From Antedon mediterranea (taxonomy: Eukaryota > Animalia > Echinodermata), in the NCBI RefSeq assembly GCF_964355755.1, contig NC_092673.1, positions 1,922,001-1,986,000 of the forward strand: DNA of 64,000 nt, written 5' to 3'. The position numbers and the translations under genes were made by a program. Under the pieces are notes generated by a model. That model was not told the origin of the DNA and made no database searches. It saw nothing but the letters and a program-made list of their open reading frames with translations. Position 1 is the stretch's first letter, and each line of letters opens with the position of its first letter. Shown one piece after another: positions 1 to 10,158 of the stretch.

Positions 1-3000
1 GTATACCATGGTACATCATTTGTCCCCCATGGTCCCAGATGTTAAACGTTTCTTCGAAAGTCTCCTTATTTTCCTCAACTTTCTTCATTACATCCTTATC
101 TAACTGCTGTTCTATATCAATTGGATTAGTTTCAGTATCTGTTGTGGAAACGTAATTTACATATCATCATTATTTAATAGTAGTCTGGTTACGAGCACAT
201 TCTGCTAGTTCTAGCAAGAAGGCAATGAAGATGCTCGGAACCATCAAAAGGTCCTTCAAATACATAGACATCAATAGTTTCTCTATTTTATACAGAACAG
301 GCCACATCTGGAGTACTGTGTACAAGTTTGAAATCCTCGATGGAAAAGGGCGTGATCTTAGGTACTAGAGGACATCCTTGGAAAATCTTCAAACCAAAAT
401 TATCCAAATCAAGTACAAAGAATAATCAATCATTGGAATGTTCTTCCAATTGTGAGCGCACCACTTTATTAGCTTTCAAAAACAACTTGATAAATATTGG
501 AATGGTAAGGGGTTTAAAAGGCTTAGCCTAGAAACGCAAGTGTAAGTGCTCATTGTGCAAGCTTCTTACACAATTTTAAGTCGCACAAGAAAAATTGCTT
601 AATTAACCTCTTCCATACAAAAGAATAAATTGTAGCAGTGTGCAGTGATCAGTCTCTCAGAACTGCACATGTTAAAAGTTACAAATCTACATCATCACTA
701 CTACCATAATACATTTTGCCATGTGAAGTGAAGTTACATACGTTTTGCAGTTGATTTCTTTTCAGCCTGACAAATAAAATGAAAATATAAAATAGAATTA
801 ATTTCATTTTTCTTCTCATAATTTCAGTTATGTTTCATTACAATATTTCGCTGTATATATCCAAATTTCATAATACATTATAAATTACAGTACTGTACTC
901 ACATTTTGCTTTGTCTGATTTGATGCACCATCTTGTTCTGCATTCATGTCAGTTGTGTCATTGGTATTTTTTAAGTATAAGGTTGATAGGTAGATAGGTT
1001 GATGGTTGTTTAAATTTGAAAACCATTTAAAAAAAAAACGTGTGAAATGTCAGTAATAAAACAGTTGACTCAATCATTAATGTACTTTGCACAGAATTGA
1101 ATCCTGAAAGGTATAGCACCAATCAATGTAACATAGTTGTCATATGAAATCATAGAGAAACAATCATTGTAAAATTTAATAAACAATTCTACAAATTTTA
1201 GAAGTAATCTCATGAGAAAACATGTTTGTATGATGACCATCTGTCTTATGAGATCACTACTAAAATGTGTAGTGTTATTTATTAAATGTATCTCAGTACA
1301 CCTTCACCTGGCTAATCATATAATCAAAGAATATATATCTCTGATATCATGCGCCAAAAACAGAAGAAAAAAAATTCATTCTACACGAAATGCATATTTA
1401 TAGTGGGCCGATTAAAATCAACTTATTTTTCCCACAATAGATCCATATAAGGATTAGGATATATTTTTTTTAAAAGTTTGTCAACTTAAAATGGACCGAA
1501 AAAAATTCAATTTGAATTTTATGAAACACATATAGTACTGGGATTTTCTTTTAAATGGGAAATTAAAATGGACTAAAACATGGTTTAATCCAATAAAAAA
1601 ATTTGATTGATTGATTACGAGTTGTCAAAAGAATTACCATTTTACCAGTTTCCTATGCTTTACACAGTGTCATAATTTAATAGATGCACTGCGTTTGTTC
1701 TTGAAAAAGTAAAACTTTTACCGTTCATGGGAAAATAAACATTTTTTTAAAAATTTAAATAGCAACACAGATTCCTCCTTAAAAATTCTACTAAAGTAGG
1801 ATTCATAATAACTTAGTGAAAAGCTCTAGTTTGTTTACTGACCGAAAAAAAAAATTTAATTTAAAGGCAAGTTACATACCTTCTCCGGCAGATATTTTGT
1901 CAACCTGATAAATTTTTAAAATAAAGCAAAACTATGAAATAGAATTTTTATATTGTTCTGTCTACTTTTTTTCTATTGTAACAGACCTACTGTCAACCTT
2001 GTTACAGTAAGAATTAAAACTTCTGCTCTCCAAATGTATTACAGTAATTCAAGCATAAAAAAACATTTTACGTTTTTAAAAAACGTTTACAATTTAAACT
2101 CAGTCTTGGATAGTTTTGCATTTTGAAAATATATATTAAAATATATTATTAACATACATTTTTATTTAAACTGTCCATTGCATTCAGTTTATCAGTGACC
2201 AATCTTGCAAACTGTTTTGAAGGATTACCTGTAGAAAATCAAAGTGTTGAAAATTAATATTTGTGTTGATCCTAGGGTTATTTATACTCTTTTCATATCT
2301 GCAAAAAGTAATAACTTGTAACATGTTTTATTCCTGGTTTGCATAGTGTTAAAAAGTCTTGTTGAAAAGTCTTTTGAGATATCACAGAGGTGTAAAAATT
2401 ACACTGCTTTTGTTGTTCCCTGGTGTTCAGAGTTGTTACAACAAATGTGTACAGTACTTGCTCTGGTATTTAAACAAATATCCTATCAAAGTACATTTAT
2501 CTTGGGATCATCAGACCTTGTAATCTCTAGTAGCACTCGTCCATGGTGCTATTCCACCACGCTGGGCTGGGCTGGGCTGGGCTGGTGGTAGTACACTGGA
2601 TGAGGCCAGGGTAAACGTGTACTTAGGACTAGATCCTTCATTTTCTGAATGAAGGCTATCCTAGTGATGAGACCCAGGCAAACCTGTATTATCAAAAGTT
2701 TTAAGGATAACTTATAAAAATCACAAAATTCACAGTTTGCAAATATAATTCACTTTACTACATTCTCAGTAAATCATTGCGAGATCATTCTCCGCCATTA
2801 TTTTGGTAAACTTTTGCAGTGTTATGCCGTCTTACATCACTCACAGAGAGTGAATGGCAAAATGAACAAGTGCTCAAATTTGCCAGTCAACAATACCTAA
2901 GCGCATGCGCATATCATAGAGATGACGTCATAGGGTAGCAGTTGTGAAAATCTAAAAGTCTCTAACACTTTCTCACAAGAATTTGCCTGTTTGAAAACAT

Positions 3001-5139
3001 ATAATAAATCAAGAGAGCAAAATAATGTTGCAACTCGTTAAGGTATAAACAAGTTGTAACAACTTATGCGGTGTGAAAATAGTATAGTGGATATTTACAT
3101 AATGCCAAACTCATTGACAATGACAATTTGTATAAATTACAATCCTGAAAGATCAAACAATTTAACACATTGAATTTGAAGAGATCATAAAGCAACAACT
3201 GTAAAATTTCATATTATGCCCTTTTTCCTTAAATTTCTTGGATGCAGTTTAGTAATACATTGCCCCTTACCATGACCACATTAAACATATGAAATTAAAG
3301 TTATAAAATTTGTGAATAAAATATAGCAACTGTGCGAATGATGACAGTATAATAATAACAATGCTAATTTTTGTTTATATTTACCACTATCAGCATTATC
3401 GTCAGTCCATCTTTTGCTTACAGTTCTAGTCACTGCTATGCCATCTGTAACGTTATGGTCATTTTCAAATCTAAAGGAAATATCATTTCAAACCAATAAT
3501 TATCTTATCTCTTTTAACCATGTAATATTAGAAAGTGGTTTATTAAGATTAAAATTTTACAAAAATTAAAGATGACTAGTTTATACGGTTGGAGAATGTT
3601 TTCGGTTCAGGTCGCTTTGACCACCTATACATTTTGGAGTATTCAATTGAGTTTTAAAGTGCACAAATACCTTGTATTTTGTATAAAAATTGATACATGA
3701 CTGTTTAGGTAAACATTTTCTAAAACTTGATAAATACCATAAAAATGTTTAACAATCAATTTGTTTGGCCTAAAAAAATGGACAGTTTAGTCTAAAATGT
3801 CCAGATACATTCCTGATTGGTTTTTTTCTGCTTAATTGTTGTAATCTTCATTTCAGTCTTCTTAAACTTGTACTTACGGCTTTCCAAGTAAGGCATTGGT
3901 GAGGCAAGTTTTGCCCACTCTTTCCTGCCCAACCACTTTAAGCGTTGCAAGATTCACTTCGATAGAACCTTCTTTTAAGGCTTTACTGTACGCTTTCTTA
4001 ACATCTTTACCACGAGCAGTAATAGCAGATGGAATAAGCTGAATATCTGATGGAATAAGCTGAATATCTGATGCACTCTCCGCCGTGTCTATATCATCAA
4101 GTTTGATGCATTCTGCACCATTTATTGTCCTGGAAAATAAACCTGACAAAAAAAAAAATATATTTTAAAGAAGTAGGTTTATTTAAAAAACAATTCATTA
4201 GAAAATTGTATTTGTTCTCAAAAAAATCTGATTTATAGTATATAATATAGTTTTATTTTTTTATACAACTTTCTATGCAGGTAGTGGCATGTGATTCTCT
4301 AATATTATCAATTAAATCCCACATGTAAGTAAGAACATAAAGTTTCTAAAGTTCTTATTTACAAAATAATACATTGACATACTATGTTCAGCTTTAGTCT
4401 TTTTAACCAAATCAACAAGATCAGATCGATTAATTTCAGTTAACAAACGTTCAAGCTCATCCAGTTTACTCTCATCTATCAATCTACGGTCTTCTAATGC
4501 AGAAGCGAAATCTCTGAAGTTATCGATTTTTGCAAGGACATTCTTTGGTAGAAGAGCACGGAGTAAGTACTTTAAGTTGGCTTCATCTTCATTTTCCAAA
4601 GCATGGTAGATGTCTAACATCATCTTCAGAAATACCTTTTTTGGTAATGCCATTCTTTGGTTGTCTGATCAGTTAGAAACAAACAAAATTCAATTTCAAT
4701 TAATTAATCATCAACTGTATTCATTTTTTGACTTCTACTACTGTACTTCTATACTTGATGAATCTGTAGGCCAATTGTCAAGGAGAGCATTCCAGCAAAC
4801 CAACTTAACCCTCCACCCCCCCCCCCCCCCAGGTCTTAGTTTAAAATAATGTGTTAACAACATACCATGTTTTATTTTATTCCCATTCTTAAGGAAATCA
4901 ACAAGATCAGGTCGATTAATTTCATTTAACATCCGTTCAAGTTCTCTAAAATTACTTTCATTGACCAGAATTCGATTTTCTAGTGCTGTAACCAAATCTG
5001 TAAATTTCTCAATATTTGCAAGCACGGTCTCCGGTAGATGAACACGGTTTATGTACTTGAGTTGATCTACTTCATCTTTGTCCAAGTAAATTTCCAAGTC
5101 TAGCATTAACTTTAGAAAAACTTTTTTTGGTAATGCCAT
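1..5139 (-). CDS. ROCO-family GTPase with two N-terminal death effector domains (DED-DED-Roc); 3' part (rest of Roc, presumably COR) lies outside the window
   Basis: Phase-consistent GT-AG exons: 5139-4866 (DED1, LKYI, RPDL), 4664-4383 (DED2, LKYL, RSDL), 4142-3878 (P-loop KVVGQERVGKT), 3470-3385 (switch I VTDGI), 2228-2158, 1904-1880, 937-903, 766-742, 138-<1 (G3 motif FNIWDHGGQMMYH). The 35-nt exon and the true start codon are less certain. Confidence 0.85.
185..525 (+). mobile_element. Degenerate 3' fragment of a CR1/L2-type LINE ORF2, in a ROCO intron
   Basis: Broken translation MLGTIKRSFKYID..RPHLEYCVQV* and GTRGHPWKIFK, motifs typical of CR1-group ORF2 C-termini; frameshifted. Confidence 0.7.
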
Positions 5140-5805
5140 ATTTTGAGCTGGCAAATCTGTAGAAAAACAAATTATATTTTTATATAGGCCTACAGTATAT
5201 TCAAATTTTTTTTTTTAAGAAGTATTTTATTTAGCAAAATAAAAAAGAATTAAAGTAGCCCTAGCTAGGTCCAAAACATTATTATTAATAAATTTAATAT
5301 TTCATTTCATTTCATTTCATTTCATTTATTTCAATATCATTATCGCAGCCTTAGCTGAATTACAAAGATATTTACATTTGTTCAATATTAAAATTAAAAT
5401 ATGTTAAATAATATTAAATAGTTTATTAAAGCTATTATTTACGGCGTACTGCTATTGTTACTTTTATTTTTAAATGTTGTTGAGGTCGACTTTTCCCTTT
5501 TAGGCCTAGGCTAGTACCTGCGTAATAATCCCATACTTACCACCCATCTCCACAACACCACCACGTCCACACACAACACAGCTCAGCCTCCTACTAGCTA
5601 GGCTAGGCCTAGCTAGGCTAGGCCTAATATATGATGGGCTAGCCTACTACTTACTAGGCCTAAACTGCTTACAGAAATTTACAGTTACTTTTAAGTAGAT
5701 TGACAGGCTGTTGACATTCAATAATTAATTTTCAGAATATATAACGATAATTCAATGGCAGGCTCTCTCTACACTACGCCGCCCAAATACACAAACTGCG
5801 CCAGT

Positions 5806-7627
5806 CAGCGTTGCCAGCGATAAAATTTAAATTATGCCGTATCCTGTCTCAAATAATCCCAGATTGGGAAAAATAATGCCAGATCCCCAAAATGTGGCCC
5901 TAAACAGCGCCACCAACGGTTGTATGTCTAATAAACATTTGTAAAACCCCAACTGACACAAAATAGGGCCTAAATTGTATCCCTATGTCGTTCAAAAATT
6001 GTATTTTTAGTTTTGTGAGTAATAACTAATAATTCTAAAAATATCTGGGATTGCAAATGACACAAACACGAACCCACGAACCCTTCTCCCCCCCCACCCC
6101 CCAAAAAAAACCTGTTACAGCCATGGAAATTTAGAATTTTTGAGCTGAAATATGAGAGCTGCTCGATCTTTGCACTTAATTTCAAATATGAAAGGATCTT
6201 AGCCCACCATAATTAGAAAATGGCAATTATAATTTAAAATAGGAAATAAAAATATATATTAAGTGTCTCCAGGACCTCAGCCCCACCATGGTTGATAAGA
6301 AAATTTTGAAAAATGCTGATGGCCCGGAAATGCCACTTAATTTAAAATATGAAATAAAAATATATTTATTAGTGTCTCCAGGATCTTAGCCCACCATAGT
6401 TCGAAAATGGCAATTATAATTGAAAACAGGAAATCAAAATATATATTAAGTGTCTCCAGGACCTCAGCCCCACCATGGTTCAGGTACAAACATTTGAAAA
6501 ATAGAGCTGCTCGATGGCCGGAAATGGCACTTAATTTCAGATATGAAATAAAAATATATTTATTAGTACCTCCAGGATCTTAGCCCACCATAGTTCGAAA
6601 TGGCAATTATAATTTAAAATAGGAAATAAAAATATATATTAAGTGTCTCCAGGACCTCAGCTCCACCATGGCTGGTGCTGAGGTAAGAAAATTTGGAAAA
6701 ATAGAGCTGCTCAATGGGCGGAAATGGCACTTAATTTCAAATATGAAATAAAAATATATTTATTAGTATCTCCAGGATCTTAGCCCATCATAGTTTTGAA
6801 AATGGCAATTATAATTAATATAGGAAATAAAAATATATATTAGGTGTCTCCATTACCTCAGCCCCACCATGGTTGGTTGGGGCTGAGGTACAAAAAAATG
6901 GAAAAATAGAGCTGCTCGATGGGCGGAAATGGCACTTAATTTTAAATAAAAATTACCTCGCCCACATGGTCACTACTGGGGCTGAGAGGTGAAGAACATT
7001 TGGAAAAATAGGGTTGCTACGACGATGCAAATGGAACATAATTTGAAATATGGAAAACAAATTCTCCTAGAAGAAATTCTTTTTAAAATTAGAGCTTCTA
7101 ATTAGTTACTGGAAATTGCCATTTCAAGGGTTGGGGTAGAGGTGCGGCCACTTATAATTATGAACTGAAACAACAAAACCCCTTTCATAATGTTTTCGTT
7201 CAATTGTCTCTATATCTGGGGATCCAATAACCTGCATGGTCTCTGAAATAGAGCAAAATAATTGGCCAATTCTTCGGATTTGTTGTGCTGCCTATATCGC
7301 ACACACGGTAGTTTTCGAGCAGCCTTCCTATCCGAAGAGTCTATTTAAGTCCGAAACAAAAGGATGGAAGAACTATTGTACGGAAAACCCGAAGAGATCT
7401 GTTTTGTACGATATGATATTGTGCAAGGTGATATGTATTAAATTGCAAGATTAAACAAAATATTTTATTTTTGTTCTGTGGTATATTATTTTTTTGGTTG
7501 TTCAAAAAACACAAAATTATGCCAGATTATGCTAAAAACGGCTAAATAATGCCGCGGCATTATGCCAGATGCCGTGGGCCTCTAAATAATGCCAAAAAGC
7601 ATAATAATGCCAGAAATGGCAACTATG
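5806..7627. mobile_element. Non-autonomous hAT-like DNA transposon
   Basis: Perfect 8-bp TSD GCGCCAGT at 5798-5805 and 7628-7635; imperfect TIRs CAGCGTTGCCA / TGGCAACTATG; subterminal ATAATGCC/ATTATGCC motifs at both ends; no transposase ORF. Confidence 0.85.
6150..7050. repeat. Tandem repeat of about 190-200 bp, 4-5 copies, inside the hAT-like element
   Basis: GGATCTTAGCCCA recurs near 6194, 6381, 6576 and 6776; each unit has two related sub-repeats. Confidence 0.85.
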
Positions 7628-8008
7628 GCGCCAGTACATTCATAACACTACCACACAAACACCGCCGGCCGGGCGGGAACATGGGCGGTGGGAAATAACC
7701 TGTAAATTAATGTTGCTATTTATAGAAATGTAACTAGACCAATTGGATTCGACCATTGTGTAAACGCATTATTACGTCACTGCTTGTTACGACATTTGGT
7801 ACAATATGACTCATCACTCAACATTTGGTTTTTTTTTTATTTATTTATAATACAGTACCTTTTTAAACTCATCAATGCATTAATTTTCTAGAACTGGTAT
7901 GGTCAAATACAAAGAAATCCATCTTTTCATTTCATCTTCTAAGATGTTAATGTAACAATTGTTTTCATCTAAATAAATCCCACACTCTCTATAGAAAATT
8001 ACATTGAC

Positions 8009-9454
8009 ATGATGGTTATTCTACCTATATTTTTGTTTGGGCAATTACATTTGACTAAAGTGAACTGTAATAAATCAAGCCACCCAACAGACTTACCAAT
8101 TAAAATAATTAAGGAATTTGCTATTGAACTTGCTAACCCGCTAACTAAATTATTTAATACGTGTCTCAATGAGGGACACTTTCCACGTCAGTGGAAAACT
8201 GCTTCTATAGTTCCAGTTCCAAAACAAAACAAGATCCGCTCTTTTGATGATCTTCGTCCAATATCATTGACGCCGGTCTTTGCTAAGATTTTTGAGGCAT
8301 TTATTGCCAAATGGATTATTGAGGATATTGACAATAAATTAGACACTAAGCAGTATGGTAATACAAAAGGTTCATCTACTATACATTATCTTGTGGATAT
8401 GTTAAATTATGTTTATCAAAGTCTTGACAAGCCCAAACAATCAGTTGAACTCTGTACAATTGATTTTACTAAGGCATTTGATAGAGTCAATCATACAATT
8501 ATTATAGATAAATTAATTAAACTTGGAGTTAGGTCATCCATTATTTCCATCGTCTGCAGCTTTCTGTGTGAAAGAACTCATACTACCAAACTTGGCACGC
8601 ACATTTCTTCCACCAAATCAATCTCTTGTGGAGTACCACAGGGAACCAAACTGGGACCTATACTCTTTTTGGTTCTAGTAAATGATGCTGCCATTGAAAG
8701 TTGTAGACGTTGGAAATTTGTGGATGACCTGACTCTAGGGGAAGTAACCAAATGTGGTGCTTCCTCTAACTTACAAAGTGTCCTTAACAGTGTCAGTGAG
8801 TGGTGTGCATCTAATGATGTTCTACCAAAACCAGCTAAATGCCAAGTAATTGAATTTAACTTTTTAAAGCAACGGCAGCTTAATTTAGTTTACACTATTG
8901 ATAACTTTAATCTTCCAATAGTTAGTAAGTTAAAACTGCTTGGTGTAATAATCCAAAATGACCTCAAATGGGGTTCAAATGTTAATGATATAACATCAAG
9001 AGCCTCACGTAGACTATTTTCACTATGTATCCTGAAAAGGTCTAGTGCACCAGTCAGTGACCTGGTTACAGTATTTACATCATATATCAGACCTGTGCTG
9101 GAATATGCCTGCCAGGTTTGGCATTCATCATTAACTGTTCAGCAATCTAATTTAATAGAAAAAATTCAAAAACGGGCTTTGCGCATAATTTTGAGCCCAC
9201 ATTATGTTAGCTATGAATTAGCCTTAGAGCAAGTAGGTTTGCCTTCTTTAAAGTCCCGTAGAGAACAGATTCTTCTCAAGTTTGGCAAGAGTCTTTTAGA
9301 ATCTACCAAATTTAGAAATATGTTACCAGCATATAAATCTGATAGGCATTCAAGATCGTTAAGGAGCAATACTAGTTCAAAGTTGGATTCTTGCAGATGT
9401 CGCACTGAAAGATATAGGCGGTCTACTATTCCACACTTAGCACGAATCCTTTAA
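8009..9454 (+). CDS. LINE reverse transcriptase, partial ORF2
   Basis: Motifs WKTASIVPVPK, LRPISLT, DFTKAFD, GVPQGTKLGP, KFVDD, LLGV, RPVLEYACQVWH; no stops. The first 10-14 codons are probably flanking DNA. Confidence 0.9.
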   Translation: MMVILPIFLFGQLHLTKVNCNKSSHPTDLPIKIIKEFAIELANPLTKLFNTCLNEGHFPRQWKTASIVPVPKQNKIRSFDDLRPISLTPVFAKIFEAFIAKWIIEDIDNKLDTKQYGNTKGSSTIHYLVDMLNYVYQSLDKPKQSVELCTIDFTKAFDRVNHTIIIDKLIKLGVRSSIISIVCSFLCERTHTTKLGTHISSTKSISCGVPQGTKLGPILFLVLVNDAAIESCRRWKFVDDLTLGEVTKCGASSNLQSVLNSVSEWCASNDVLPKPAKCQVIEFNFLKQRQLNLVYTIDNFNLPIVSKLKLLGVIIQNDLKWGSNVNDITSRASRRLFSLCILKRSSAPVSDLVTVFTSYIRPVLEYACQVWHSSLTVQQSNLIEKIQKRALRIILSPHYVSYELALEQVGLPSLKSRREQILLKFGKSLLESTKFRNMLPAYKSDRHSRSLRSNTSSKLDSCRCRTERYRRSTIPHLARIL

Positions 9455-9593
9455 GTTTAATGTTTAGTTTAGATCTTCTTTGATGTATTTTATTTCTCAG
9501 TTGATTGTAATCCAACCTTTTCAGCTCTTGCTGCTGGTTGGAATTTTATGTTTTTATACCTTAATAAATAAATAAATAAATAAATAAATAAAT
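8040..9593 (+). mobile_element. 5'-truncated non-LTR retrotransposon (CR1/L2-group LINE) with (TAAA)n tail
   Basis: RT coding sequence, short 3' UTR and (TAAA)n at about 9563-9593; no endonuclease domain; no clear TSD. Confidence 0.9.
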
Positions 9594-9767
9594 CATTTCA
9601 GGAAAACAAAATATCCCTTTATAACAAATCAAAGATCACTTCACATTAATGGTTAGTATTAACCAACAGCTCTGGCATTGTTTTACAATAGATCCAGTCA
9701 CTGATACCCAAAGCTCATTTTTTAGTAATGTGCCTTTTTATTTATATTTATTTATTTATGTATAATT

Positions 9768-9995
9768 CAGGTGGATCCAAGGACAGGGTCTAGTCCATTG
9801 TGTGTGTTGTTTTTCATCTATTTAAAATTCCTATTTCTGTTGCCCTTAAAAATAAGTCCTCCAATTTTAATTGTTAATACATTTATAATAATGTGGGAGT
9901 GACATTTCCAACCATCTAGAAGTGTCATATTTTCAAAATCGCCTCAAATTCCTATAGTTGCGCTCCCCTATCAGAAAATCATGGATCCGCCCCTG
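9768..9995. mobile_element. Short hAT-like MITE
   Basis: Ends CAGGTGGATCCA / TGGATCCGCCCCTG, flanked by direct repeat TATAATT. Confidence 0.6.
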
Positions 9996-10158
9996 TATAA
10001 TTTCACTGTACAATTTTGCATGACCTTGTGTACACGATAAAATCTAGCCAACCAGAAACAAACGCAGACTTCTTTGCCATTAACTCTGGTAGATTACATG
10101 TCACATGTCATGTCATTCACTGAATATAGTCTTTCATTACAATCATTTTTAAATTGAA

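Noticed and set aside
328-531. 67-aa ORF as a gene
   Set aside because: Part of a decayed LINE fragment
2900-2930. NRF1 plus CRE motifs as an internal ROCO promoter
   Set aside because: Isolated motifs, possibly repeat-derived; no supporting exon or TSS evidence
4028-4069. DIQLIPS duplication in the ROCO gene
   Set aside because: Real 21-bp in-frame duplication, but in a linker with no evident significance
8009-8050. Signal-peptide-like start on the RT ORF, suggesting a domesticated RT
   Set aside because: Most simply AT-rich flank in frame with a 5'-truncated LINE; the element keeps its 3' tail
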